Sequence record: PQ657772.1 | DNA length: 64,000 bases | Reading direction: 5' to 3' (one strand) | Shown: positions 21,572-32,442 of the stretch, one piece after another | How positions within the stretch are numbered: position 1 is the stretch's first letter | Layout of the letters: each line of letters begins with the position of its first letter | Position numbers and translations under genes: made by a program | The notes under the pieces: generated by a model | The model's database searches: none | The model's input: only the letters and a program-made list of their open reading frames with translations | What the model was told of the DNA's origin: nothing

Positions 21572-24500
21572 ATGTACTCGATTAAAACAGATCTCGATAT
21601 AACTGGTGGTGCAACGGTTGCTAAAGATCTTCTTGTGAAAGGCGATGCAGTATTCAATAAAAATCTAACAGTTAATGGAACTGTAACTTTTGCTGACGCT
21701 GTATTCACTGCAATTGAAGCAGAAACTGTAGACATTTCATCTACACTAGATGTTGCTGGTAAAGCATCATTGAATGGTGGAATTGAAGTTCATGGTAATT
21801 CCGTAATTGGTAATTTGCCTGTTGGTTCTGATACTGCAACGATTAATTCCAATGCACAATTCCAAAGCCCAGTATCAATGGCAGGTAACCTAACACAAAC
21901 CGCTGGCACTGCTGTACTAAAAGATACCCAAGTGGCATCAATGGATGTTCTTGGAACTTCTTCATTTAAAGGTAATATTACTGCTGAAACTGGCACTACC
22001 GCAGCATTTGACAAAATAACTGCAACTGATGCAACATTCACAAACACTGCAACTACTGATATCACATCAACTGGAACTGCAAACTTTAAAGATGTGAATA
22101 TTTCCGGTACACTAGGTGGAACATTTAGTCTATCTGATGTTAATGCAACAACTCTAACTGTTTCTGGTTTAACCAGTCTACAAGGTGGTGTTACATTAGG
22201 TTCCAACATTACTGGTGTGAATAGTAGTGCAAACTTCCGTGATATTAAAATTGGTTCCAATGCTGCAAACACTAACTACCGTTTGAGCTTTAACTATTCT
22301 GCTCCAAGTCTTCGTCCAACTGTAATTCTACAGAACGAAATCCAATCAGAATTGATGTCTCCAGCTACCCTAAGTGTATTGAAAACTGCATCTTTTGGTG
22401 ATTCGTCACTATCCACTTTTGGTATTACTGGTAATGGTCTAAACAAACTAGATTACCTAACAGTATCTGGTAACTCTGTTCAAGATCCAACAACTCCACT
22501 ATTACAAGTAACTTCAGGTAAAACTAAAGTTCATGATTTCGAAGTAACAGGAACTGCAACTATTCCTAACATTGAAAGTACTGGTACTGCTAATTTTAAT
22601 AACATCAACGTATCTGGTACACTCGGTGGTACTTTCAGTCTTGATGATATTGAAGCAAACACACTAACTGTATCCGGTTTAACTAGCCTTGTTGGTGGTG
22701 TAACTTTAGGTGCTGATATTTCCGGTGCTAATAGTACTGCTAATTTTAAAGCAGTAAGTTTAGGACAAAACGCCGCCGATGCTAACGTTAAGTATGGTTT
22801 TGCTTATTCTGCCCCTGGTGCTCGTCCAACTGTAATTCTACAAAATGAAATTCAGTCTGAGCTAGTATCTCCAGCAGTACTTAATGTACAAAAAACTGCA
22901 ACCTTTGGTGATGCATCTCTTGCAACCTATGGTATCACAGGTAACGGTCTAAACAAACTAGATTATCTATCTATTACTGGTAATGGTACACAAAGTCCAG
23001 CTACCCCACAACTACAAGTTGCTGGTAAATCAGTACTAAATGATGTTGAATTCACTGGTACTGTAACTGGCCTAACTGTTGATGTGAGTGGACAAGATCT
23101 AACTCCTAAATCAGTAGATGCTGCTGAAGCAATCAAAGGTCAAACCCTTGAATCAGTTGGTCAAACCACAGTAGGAACTAACCTACAAGTTGGTGGAACT
23201 GCTAATGTTGTTGGTGCACTAACTGGTACTGCTGCTACCTTCACTGGTGATGTAAGTGCTGCTAAAGGTACTTTCAGTGGTGATGTTAGCGTTACTGGTC
23301 AAACTGTAACTGTACGTGATTTAGTAGTAACTGGTACAACTACTGGTGTAACTGCCCAAGCTGATGTTGATGGTCTTGATATCGCCCCAAATAAAGTTGA
23401 TGTTACAACAACACTATCTGTTGCTGGGGACACTACTTTAGCTGGTCTAACTGCTAGTTCAGTAACCAGTACTGGTGATGTTACTGGTGCGTCTGTATCT
23501 GGTAATACAGTAACTGCGGCTGGTGCACTATCTGGTGGTTCTCTTGCAGTAACTGGTGCTGGTTCTATGGCTTCACTAACTGTTCCAAGTATTACTGGTG
23601 ACACTACTTTTGCTAATAACGTAACTATTACTGGAACACTAACTCCGAGTAGTATAGATTTAAGCACTACTGATGTAAGTGCTGCTTCTTTAACAACTAC
23701 TGGTAACGTAACTGTTGGTGGTTCTCTTGCAGTAACTGGTGCTATTGATTTGTCTGCTGCTGATGTAGTAACAAAATCAGTTAGTGCAACTAACCCAAGT
23801 ACATTTGGTGTAATTAATGCATCTTCTGTTGCCGCAACTGGTGACGTTTCAGGTGGCACACTAACTACTACTGGTGCAGCGAAAGTAGGAACACTAACTA
23901 GTACTGGTGTAGTATCTGGTTCGCGTTTGTCTTCTGGTACTGCAACAATCACAACTTCTGTAACAGTTCCAACTTTACAAGCTGAAGCTGCTGGTGCTGG
24001 TACACTAAATCTAGCAAGTAATGTTGTCGCAGCAAAAGATCTAACTGTCACTGGTGTATTCAAACCTGAAGGTGGTCTTGATCTAACAACTGTTGATATT
24101 ACTGCAAACTCACTAACTACTACTGCTGATGTTAATGTTGGTGGAAACTTAGTAGTTGATGGTACTTTTGACCTAAGTGCTGCTGATGTATCAGTTAAAT
24201 CTCTTGCAAGTGCAGAGACAATTACAAGTGCTGGTGTTATTACCGTTACCGATTCAACCAATACTAGTTCGTTACCTAAAATTACTTCAACTGATGCAAC
24301 ACTCTTTACTGTAAATGCAGGTACTATTAATGCAACTGGCAACAGTGTACTACAAAGTGTATCAGCTACTCAAGTAACTGCTACTAGTGCTGAATTTTCT
24401 GGTGGTGGCATTGGTCTTCAAGTTGATAATGATGCAAACGTTGGTGGTGCATTATCTGTTGGTGGCATTGCAACTGTTGGTTCTTTAACAACAACTGCTG

Positions 24501-26506
24501 CTTCTCTTAATATTGCAAAAAATACTGCAATCACTGGTGATTTAGCTGTATCTGGCACACTAACTGCTGGTTCAATCGACCTAAGCAATACTGATGTAAC
24601 CGTTAAATCTCTTGATTCACTAGGTAACGCACACATTGCTGGTAACCTAACTGTAGATGGTGCATTCGACTTAAGTGCAACTAACCTTGTAGCTGCAAGT
24701 CTAGCAAGTACTGGTTCTACTACTGTTGGAACTGATCTAGTACTAACAACTGGTGTTGTGACTGGTAGCCCAGCTATCTCTGGTAATACAACAATCGGTG
24801 GAACTCTTGGTGTAACTGGTGCTGTTAACCTAACTGATATTGTTAATATCGGTAAGAAAGTAACAGTGAGTACTGGTGGTATTCAGGTAGTTGATGGTGG
24901 TATCAATACTAACACAATTAACGTTTCTGGTGCTTCTACTCTAGCAGGAACTTCCATTACTGGAACTTTAGGTGTAACTGGTGCTTCTACTCTAGCAGGT
25001 GTATCTGCGACATCACTAACAGTTTCTGGTGACAGTACTGTTCAGAAACTAACTGTCCAAGGTGAATTGATCCCACAAGGTGGTCTTGACCTAAGCGGTG
25101 CAGACATTACTGCTAATAGTCTAACTACTGCAACAACTATCAATGCAACTGGCCTAAGTACTCTAAGTGGTGGTATTAGTACTTCTACTGTGACTGCATC
25201 TGGTCTAGCAACTGTTGGAAGTTTAACTTCTACTGCAAACGCATCAGTTGGTGGTAATATGGGTGTAACTGGAACTCTAGATGTTACTGGTGCTACTACT
25301 GTATCTTCACTAACAGCTACTGGTGCAGTGAAAACTGGCACAACCCTAACTGTTGGTACTCCAGTTGGTGAACAACCTGAAACTGTACAGATCATTCCAG
25401 ATACTTATATTGCTGGTAAATTGCGTGTAATCGGCGGTATTAACGCTGAAATCGACGTAAGTGGTCAAACACTAGAACCATATGCAATTGAAGCTGCTGC
25501 AACACTATCTGCTGTTGGTAACATTACTTCTGGTGCAACCATCGTTTCTAAAGCTGCAACAATTGGTGATGTTGGTTCACAAAACAACAACCTAACTGTT
25601 AATGGTAACGTAGTAACTAATGGTGACTTCACCGTTACTGGTGTACTAAATGCACAATTGAACCAAGCAGATTCCGATGTAGCTGTTAAATCTTTAACTG
25701 CAACTAATAACGTTGCGGCTGGTACTTCAATCACTGCTGGAACATCCATCACTGCATCAGGCTTACTAAAAGGTAATTCGTTAGAAGTCACCACTACTGG
25801 TTCATTTGGTGGTGCAGTAACTATGTCAAGTGGTGCAAACATCACTGGTACTGTTGGTATCACTGCTGGTGACCTAACAGTAGGTGGTAATATCTCTGCA
25901 ACTGGTACTGCTGGATTCGGTGCAACAACCGTTTCTACCATTACAACATCAGGTTTAGCTACCCTTGCAAGTGCATCTGTAACTGGTGCTCTAACTGTAG
26001 GTGGTACATTAACTGCAAATGGTAACACTGTGATTGGTGATGCTGCTGCTGATACTTTAACTGTAAATGCAACATCTACATTTAAAGAGAACGCAACATT
26101 TGATAAGAACCTAACAGTGACTGGTTCTATTAACACCACCACTGCAAACTTCACTACAAACAACATGGTAACTAAGAAATATTCTGTTATCCCTGCTAGT
26201 GTTACTGCTTCTACTGCTGCTGTAGGTGACACTTGGACACCAGATGGTACTACTAACGTATATCGCTTAACTCTTGACCAAAGTGTTACAATGGATTCCA
26301 TCGCGGGTCTAATTGGTAGTGGTCAAGCATGTTCAGTGTATATCTATGTAACTCCATCTGTTGCTGATACTACTTTCACCTTCGGTGGTGCATACTCTGT
26401 AGTTTCTGGTACAGTAAGTGCTGTAGTTGGTCAAACAAGTATTATCCAAGTAATCTATGATGGTTTCAGTACTGTGTTTGATACCTTCGTTGCACAACGT
26501 GTATAA
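21572..26506 (+). CDS. Giant G/T/S/A/V-rich repetitive fibre protein, paralogue 1
   Basis: 1644 aa, low-complexity beta-repeat composition, GGAGG RBS, ~180-aa internal tandem repeat. Confidence 0.75.
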   Translation: MYSIKTDLDITGGATVAKDLLVKGDAVFNKNLTVNGTVTFADAVFTAIEAETVDISSTLDVAGKASLNGGIEVHGNSVIGNLPVGSDTATINSNAQFQSPVSMAGNLTQTAGTAVLKDTQVASMDVLGTSSFKGNITAETGTTAAFDKITATDATFTNTATTDITSTGTANFKDVNISGTLGGTFSLSDVNATTLTVSGLTSLQGGVTLGSNITGVNSSANFRDIKIGSNAANTNYRLSFNYSAPSLRPTVILQNEIQSELMSPATLSVLKTASFGDSSLSTFGITGNGLNKLDYLTVSGNSVQDPTTPLLQVTSGKTKVHDFEVTGTATIPNIESTGTANFNNINVSGTLGGTFSLDDIEANTLTVSGLTSLVGGVTLGADISGANSTANFKAVSLGQNAADANVKYGFAYSAPGARPTVILQNEIQSELVSPAVLNVQKTATFGDASLATYGITGNGLNKLDYLSITGNGTQSPATPQLQVAGKSVLNDVEFTGTVTGLTVDVSGQDLTPKSVDAAEAIKGQTLESVGQTTVGTNLQVGGTANVVGALTGTAATFTGDVSAAKGTFSGDVSVTGQTVTVRDLVVTGTTTGVTAQADVDGLDIAPNKVDVTTTLSVAGDTTLAGLTASSVTSTGDVTGASVSGNTVTAAGALSGGSLAVTGAGSMASLTVPSITGDTTFANNVTITGTLTPSSIDLSTTDVSAASLTTTGNVTVGGSLAVTGAIDLSAADVVTKSVSATNPSTFGVINASSVAATGDVSGGTLTTTGAAKVGTLTSTGVVSGSRLSSGTATITTSVTVPTLQAEAAGAGTLNLASNVVAAKDLTVTGVFKPEGGLDLTTVDITANSLTTTADVNVGGNLVVDGTFDLSAADVSVKSLASAETITSAGVITVTDSTNTSSLPKITSTDATLFTVNAGTINATGNSVLQSVSATQVTATSAEFSGGGIGLQVDNDANVGGALSVGGIATVGSLTTTAASLNIAKNTAITGDLAVSGTLTAGSIDLSNTDVTVKSLDSLGNAHIAGNLTVDGAFDLSATNLVAASLASTGSTTVGTDLVLTTGVVTGSPAISGNTTIGGTLGVTGAVNLTDIVNIGKKVTVSTGGIQVVDGGINTNTINVSGASTLAGTSITGTLGVTGASTLAGVSATSLTVSGDSTVQKLTVQGELIPQGGLDLSGADITANSLTTATTINATGLSTLSGGISTSTVTASGLATVGSLTSTANASVGGNMGVTGTLDVTGATTVSSLTATGAVKTGTTLTVGTPVGEQPETVQIIPDTYIAGKLRVIGGINAEIDVSGQTLEPYAIEAAATLSAVGNITSGATIVSKAATIGDVGSQNNNLTVNGNVVTNGDFTVTGVLNAQLNQADSDVAVKSLTATNNVAAGTSITAGTSITASGLLKGNSLEVTTTGSFGGAVTMSSGANITGTVGITAGDLTVGGNISATGTAGFGATTVSTITTSGLATLASASVTGALTVGGTLTANGNTVIGDAAADTLTVNATSTFKENATFDKNLTVTGSINTTTANFTTNNMVTKKYSVIPASVTASTAAVGDTWTPDGTTNVYRLTLDQSVTMDSIAGLIGSGQACSVYIYVTPSVADTTFTFGGAYSVVSGTVSAVVGQTSIIQVIYDGFSTVFDTFVAQRV

Positions 26507-26524
26507 CATTTTAAATTAATAATT

Positions 26525-26556
26525 AAAGCCAACTATTTTAGTTGGCTTTTTCTTTT
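26525..26556 (+). terminator. Rho-independent terminator
   Basis: AAAGCCAACTA-ttt-TAGTTGGCTTT followed by a T-rich tail. Confidence 0.8.
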
Positions 26557-26655
26557 GTATTAGATAATAGTGTTTTTGTGAATTAAACTAAATATAAGTA
26601 TATTAACAAAAGATGGGTTATGAATATATAGTTCATCGTTATAGGAGGGGACTCT

Positions 26656-29600
26656 ATGTACTCGATTAAAACGGATCTTGATGTATCTGGTAATTCCACG
26701 GTAGGTAAGGATCTTTTGGTCAAAGGTAATGCAGTATTCAGTAATGACCTAACGGTTAATGGGGAAGTGTCTTTTGCTAACGCAGTATTCACTGCAATTA
26801 CCGCTGGTTCTGTGAATGTCACAGGTGCATTGGATGTTGCTGGTAAGGCAACCTTATCCGGTGGTGCTGATGTTTCAGGTGCTGCGACATTTGCAGGAAA
26901 CATTACTGCTGCTGACGGCACAACTGCAAAATTTGATAACTTAGAAGCTAATTCAGGATCATTTAATTCTGTTGAATCAACTGATATTACTTCAACTGGC
27001 ACAGCAACTTTTAAAGATGTAAACATTTCTGGTACACTTGGTGGTACTTTTAATCTTTCTGATATTAATGCTACAACACTTAATGTGTCTGGTGCTTCAG
27101 CACTAACTGGTTCAGTCACATTGGGTGCAAATATCACTGGTCTTGCAAGTACTGCAAACTTCCGTGATATTCGTATCGGGCCTAATGAAGCAGGTCAAGC
27201 ATATAGACTAAACTTTGGTTACACCGTTCCAGGACAACGACCAACCGTTCTTCTACAGAACGAAGTTCAATCCGAACTAATGTCACCAGCTAAGTTGAAT
27301 GTTCTACAAACTGCAACATTTGGTGATTCTTCACTTTCAACTTACGGTATTACAGGTAATGGTTTAAACAAATTAGATTATGTAACTATTTCTGGTAACG
27401 CAATTCAATCACCAACCACTCCTTTACTTGAAGTAACTAAAGGTAAAACTAAAGTTGTTGATTTAGAAGTAACTGGTATAGCAACTATTCCTAATATCGA
27501 AAGTTCTGGTACTGCAAACTTTAACAACATCAACGTATCTGGAACTATTGGTGGTAGTTTTGATTTAGATGATATACAAGCAACAACATTATCAGTATCC
27601 GGTGCTTCAGCACTAACTGGTGCAGTTACATTGGGTGCAAACATCACTGGTCTAGCAAGTACTGCAACATTCAAAGCAATCAATTTGGGTCAAAATACCG
27701 CTGATGCTAACGTTAAGCTAGGTTTTGCATATACTGCACCTAGTGCACGTCCAACAGTCTTGTTAGCAAACGAAGTTCAATCTGAACTAATGTCTCCTGC
27801 TAAGTTGAACGTTCTACAAACTGCAACCTTCGGTTCTGCTGCACTATCTACCTATGGTATTACTGGTAATGGTCTAAACAAATTAGATTATCTAACAATC
27901 ACTGGTAACGCAACACAAAACCCTGCAACTCCACAACTTCAAGTTGGTGGTAAAGCAATTCTTAATGATGTTGAATTTACAGGTACTGTAACTGGCCTAA
28001 CTGTTGATGTGAGTGGACAAGATCTAACTCCTAAATCAGTAGTTGCTGCTGAAGCAATGAAAGGTCAAACTCTTGAATCAGTTGGTCAAACAACTGTAGG
28101 TTCATCTCTACAAGTTGGTGGTACTGCAACTGTTACTGGTGCATTATCTGCTGCCTCTGGTACTTTCAGTGGTGATGTTAGTGGTTCTAAAGGTATCTTC
28201 AGTGGTAGCGTATCCGGTACAAGTGCAACCTTTACTGGGGATGTTAGCGGTGATAACGCAACCTTTAGTGGCGATTTATCTGCTGTAGCTGGTACTTTCA
28301 GTGGTGATGTAACCGTAACTGGTCAAACAATCACGGTTAAAGACTTGGTAGTAACTGGAACTTCAACTGGTGTAACTGCAATCGCTGACGTTGACGGTCT
28401 TGATATTGCTCCAAACAAAGTTGATGTTACAACAACTCTATCTGTTGCTGGTGAATCAACTCTTGCTGGTGTTACAGCAACTTCAATCAATAGTACTGGT
28501 GCAATTGCAGGTACTGCAATTTCTGGCTCTACTATTACAGCAACTGGTGAAATTTCTGGTGCATCATCTGTAGTAACTGGTCTTTCTAAATCTGGTAGCG
28601 TTGAAACTGGTGCTCTAAAGGCATCTTCTGTTGAAACTGCAATCATTAGTAACACTGCTGGTGTGTCAATAACAAACAACACTTCAATTGCAGGTAATCT
28701 ATCTGTGACTGGGACTGTTACCCCTGGTGCAATTGACCTAAGTACTACTGATATTGATGCTAAGTCTCTAACAACTACTGAAGGTGCTAACATTGGTGGT
28801 GACCTAGTTGTTGCAGGTACAGTTGATCTAAGTGCTGCTGACGTTGCTGTTAAATCTCTAACCAGTTCTGGTGCAGTTATTAGTTCTGAAGGTACTGTAA
28901 GTAGTGTTCTACCTAAACTTTCCAGTACTGAAGCTAATATTACCACAGTAACTGCAACCACTGCAAATGCTACCACACTAAATGTAACTGGTACATCAAC
29001 TCTAGCTGGTGTTAACGCTTCTGGTGCTATTACTTCTGCAACTAACATTACCGCTACTGGTGTATTAAAAGGTGCATCTGTTGAAACTGCGTCAATCAGC
29101 AATGCTGATGGTGTAGCAATTAACAATAACACTACAATCACTGGTAATTTGGACGTATCTGGGACATTGACCCCTGGTGCAATTGACCTAAGCACCACTG
29201 ATATTAGTTCTAAGTCTCTAACCACAACTGAAGGTGCTACAATTGGTGGCGATCTTGTGGTAGCAGGTACTGTTGACCTAAGTGCTGCTGATGTGTCTGT
29301 GAAATCTCTTGCAAGTGCAGAGACAATTACAAGTGCTGGTGTTATTACAGTTTCGGATACAGTGAATTCTAGCACTCTACCAAAACTAATTACTACTGAT
29401 GCAACTATTGGTGCTGTCCATGCAGCTACTATTGAAACAACTGGTTCAAGCACACTAAAACAAGTATCTGCTACTGAAGTAACAGCTACAAGTATTGTAC
29501 TAAATTCAGTTGGTGAAGGTTTACGTGTTGACAATGATGCAAACATTAATGGTATATTAAGTGTTAATAATATTACTTCTACCAATGATACTATTGCAAT

Positions 29601-32376
29601 TGCGAAAAGTGCAGCTATTACTGGTGATCTGACCGTATCTGGTACTGTTACTCCTGGTGCAATTGACCTAAGTACTACCGATATTAGTTCTAAATCCCTA
29701 AGTACTACTGAAGGTGCTACAATTGGTGGTGACCTAGTTGTTAATGGTTCAATTGATTTAAGTTCTTCCAATGTTTCAGCAATTACCCTTGCTAGTTCTG
29801 GTAATACTACCGTTGGTGGTAACCTAGTACTAACAACTGGTGTTGTGACTGGCAGCCCATCCGTATCTGGTAACCTTTCAGTTGCAGGTACTGCGTCAGT
29901 AACTGGTGCAACTACCCTAACTGATATCGTAAATATCGGTAAGAAAGTAACTGTAAGCACTGGTGGTATTCAAGTAGTTGCTGGTGGTATCAATACCGAC
30001 ACTATATTAGTATCCGGTGATACAACTTTAAACAACACTACTGTAAACACTACCTTAAATGTAACTGGTCAAAGTACAGTGGCTGCACTAAGTGCTGCAT
30101 CTTTGAATGTATCTGGTGATAGTACTGTTCAAAAACTAACAGTTGAAGGTGAATTGGTTCCACAAGGTGGTATTGACCTAACTGGTGCAGATATTTCTGC
30201 TAATAGTCTTGCAACTGCTTCAACAATCACTGCAACTGGACTAAGCACACTAAGTGGTGGTGTAAGTACTACTAATGTTACTGCATCTGGTACAGTGAAT
30301 GCTGGTAGTTTGGATGTTACTAACAACGCAACCGTTGGTGGTACATTAGGTGTAACTGGTTCATTAACTTCTGGTCCATTGAGTGTAACAGGTATTGCGA
30401 ATATTACTGGTGTAACAACTGTTGGTTCATTGGTTTCCGGTGCTGTATCTGGTAGTACTGGTACATTTAGTTCAACATTAGGTGTAACTGGTGCAGCTAC
30501 ATTTGACAATGACGTAACTGTTGAAGGTGTATTCACCCCAGCAGGTGGTTTAGACCTAACAACTTCTGATATTACAGCTAAGAGTTTGTCAGTATCTGAA
30601 ACTATTCACTCTGATGGTGCAGCTTCCTTTGGTGGTAACACAACAGTAGGTGGTACATTGGGTGTAACTGGTGCAGTAACTGCTCCATCGGCAACCCTAA
30701 GCGGTACTGGTACTGCACTAGCAGTAACTAATAATGCAACTATTGGTGGTACATTGGGTGTAACTGGTCAAGCATCACTTGGTTCTATAGTAACTTCTGG
30801 TGTATCTGCAACAAGTGGCTCTTTCAGTACTACTCTTGGCGTTACTGGTGCTGCGACATTTGGAAACGATGTAACTGTAGTTGGAACACTAACTCCTGGT
30901 AGCTTAGATCTAACTGGTGCAGATATCTCTGCTAAAACACTAACTCTATCTGAAACATTAAATGCGACAGGTAATACTACCCTTGGTGGAACATTAGGTG
31001 TAACTGGTTTAGCAACAATTGGTGGAACACTAACGTCTGGTGCAGTAACTGCTCCATCTGCAACCTTGAATGGTTCAGGAACTGGTCTAGCAGTAACTAA
31101 CAACGCAACCGTTGGTGGTACATTAGGTGTAGTTGGTCAAACAACACTAGGTTCTGTTAAAACTGGTGCAACTCTAACAGTTGGTACACCATTAGGTGAG
31201 CAGCCTGAAACTGTACAGATTATGCCAGACACTTATATTGCTGGTAAACTACGTGTTGAGGGTGGTATTAACGCAGATATCGATGTTGGTGGACAAACAC
31301 TAGAACCGTTTGCAGTAATAGCATCTGATTCTTTATCTTCTGCTGGTAATATTACTGCTGGTGCAGCAATTATTTCAAGTTCTGCAACAATTGGTGAAGT
31401 CGGTTCACAAAACAACAACCTAATCGTTAATGGTAACGTTGTAAACAACGGTAACTTCACTGTTACTGGCGTACTAAATGCACAATTGAACCAAGCAGAT
31501 TCCGATGTAGCTGTTAAGTCTTTGACTGCAACTAACAACGTAGCTGCTGGAACCACATTAAGTGCAGGTACTGCAATTACTGCTGGTACTTCCATCACTG
31601 CAACTGGATTACTTAAAGGTAATACTTTAGAAGTTACTACTACTGGTTCATTTGGTGGTGCAGTAACTATGTCAAGTGGTGCAAACATCACTGGTACAGT
31701 GGGTATTACTGCTGGTAACCTAACAGTGGGTGGTGATATCTCTGCAACTGGCACTGCTGGATTCGGTGCAACAACCGTTTCTACAATTACAACATCAGGT
31801 TTGGCTACACTTGCAAGTACATCCGTTACTGGTAACGCAACAGTAGGTGGAACACTAGCAGTAACAGGAGCACTAACTGCGAATGGTAACGTAACATTAG
31901 GTGACGCAGCGGCTGACGTTCTAACCGTTAATGCAACTTCATCATTTAAAGAAAATGCTGTGTTTGATAAGGCAGTAACAGTAACTGGTGAACTAACCAC
32001 TACTAATGCTAACTTAACTACTACAACAGTAACTACCAAAAAGTATGATGTAATCCCAACTCAAGTTACATCATCAGTAATTGCTCCAACCGGAACATGG
32101 ACTCCAGATGGTACAAGTAACGTGTACTTCATCACTCTAGACCAAGATACCACGTTGGCTCCAATTACTGGCCTAATTGGTGGCGGTAAAGCTGCATCAG
32201 TATACATCTATGTTAAACAAGATACAACTGGTAACAGAAACTTTACAACTGATGGTACTTATGCTGTTGTTGATGGTGAACTAAACAAAACTGCTGGTAG
32301 CGTGACCATTTACCAAGTAATTTATGATGGTGTAAGTCCAGTTACTGATTTGTTCATTGCACAACGTACTGCTTAA
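26656..32376 (+). CDS. Giant repetitive fibre protein, paralogue 2
   Basis: 1906 aa; same MYSIKTDLD start, same repeats and similar C-terminal domain (WTPDGT.NVY...IYQVIYDG) as paralogue 1. Confidence 0.75.
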   Translation: MYSIKTDLDVSGNSTVGKDLLVKGNAVFSNDLTVNGEVSFANAVFTAITAGSVNVTGALDVAGKATLSGGADVSGAATFAGNITAADGTTAKFDNLEANSGSFNSVESTDITSTGTATFKDVNISGTLGGTFNLSDINATTLNVSGASALTGSVTLGANITGLASTANFRDIRIGPNEAGQAYRLNFGYTVPGQRPTVLLQNEVQSELMSPAKLNVLQTATFGDSSLSTYGITGNGLNKLDYVTISGNAIQSPTTPLLEVTKGKTKVVDLEVTGIATIPNIESSGTANFNNINVSGTIGGSFDLDDIQATTLSVSGASALTGAVTLGANITGLASTATFKAINLGQNTADANVKLGFAYTAPSARPTVLLANEVQSELMSPAKLNVLQTATFGSAALSTYGITGNGLNKLDYLTITGNATQNPATPQLQVGGKAILNDVEFTGTVTGLTVDVSGQDLTPKSVVAAEAMKGQTLESVGQTTVGSSLQVGGTATVTGALSAASGTFSGDVSGSKGIFSGSVSGTSATFTGDVSGDNATFSGDLSAVAGTFSGDVTVTGQTITVKDLVVTGTSTGVTAIADVDGLDIAPNKVDVTTTLSVAGESTLAGVTATSINSTGAIAGTAISGSTITATGEISGASSVVTGLSKSGSVETGALKASSVETAIISNTAGVSITNNTSIAGNLSVTGTVTPGAIDLSTTDIDAKSLTTTEGANIGGDLVVAGTVDLSAADVAVKSLTSSGAVISSEGTVSSVLPKLSSTEANITTVTATTANATTLNVTGTSTLAGVNASGAITSATNITATGVLKGASVETASISNADGVAINNNTTITGNLDVSGTLTPGAIDLSTTDISSKSLTTTEGATIGGDLVVAGTVDLSAADVSVKSLASAETITSAGVITVSDTVNSSTLPKLITTDATIGAVHAATIETTGSSTLKQVSATEVTATSIVLNSVGEGLRVDNDANINGILSVNNITSTNDTIAIAKSAAITGDLTVSGTVTPGAIDLSTTDISSKSLSTTEGATIGGDLVVNGSIDLSSSNVSAITLASSGNTTVGGNLVLTTGVVTGSPSVSGNLSVAGTASVTGATTLTDIVNIGKKVTVSTGGIQVVAGGINTDTILVSGDTTLNNTTVNTTLNVTGQSTVAALSAASLNVSGDSTVQKLTVEGELVPQGGIDLTGADISANSLATASTITATGLSTLSGGVSTTNVTASGTVNAGSLDVTNNATVGGTLGVTGSLTSGPLSVTGIANITGVTTVGSLVSGAVSGSTGTFSSTLGVTGAATFDNDVTVEGVFTPAGGLDLTTSDITAKSLSVSETIHSDGAASFGGNTTVGGTLGVTGAVTAPSATLSGTGTALAVTNNATIGGTLGVTGQASLGSIVTSGVSATSGSFSTTLGVTGAATFGNDVTVVGTLTPGSLDLTGADISAKTLTLSETLNATGNTTLGGTLGVTGLATIGGTLTSGAVTAPSATLNGSGTGLAVTNNATVGGTLGVVGQTTLGSVKTGATLTVGTPLGEQPETVQIMPDTYIAGKLRVEGGINADIDVGGQTLEPFAVIASDSLSSAGNITAGAAIISSSATIGEVGSQNNNLIVNGNVVNNGNFTVTGVLNAQLNQADSDVAVKSLTATNNVAAGTTLSAGTAITAGTSITATGLLKGNTLEVTTTGSFGGAVTMSSGANITGTVGITAGNLTVGGDISATGTAGFGATTVSTITTSGLATLASTSVTGNATVGGTLAVTGALTANGNVTLGDAAADVLTVNATSSFKENAVFDKAVTVTGELTTTNANLTTTTVTTKKYDVIPTQVTSSVIAPTGTWTPDGTSNVYFITLDQDTTLAPITGLIGGGKAASVYIYVKQDTTGNRNFTTDGTYAVVDGELNKTAGSVTIYQVIYDGVSPVTDLFIAQRTA

Positions 32377-32442
32377 TAATTATAATAAAAAAAACGGTGT
32401 CATCAATTATGGTGACACCATCTTAACAAGTGAGGTAGTTAT

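Noticed and set aside
21790-32039. Long antisense ORFs over the fibre genes (for example 23299-24342, 28323-29960, 31233-32039)
   Set aside because: Shadow ORFs: repetitive Thr/Gly/Val/Ala codons give few stops on the opposite strand; no RBS; low-complexity mirror translations
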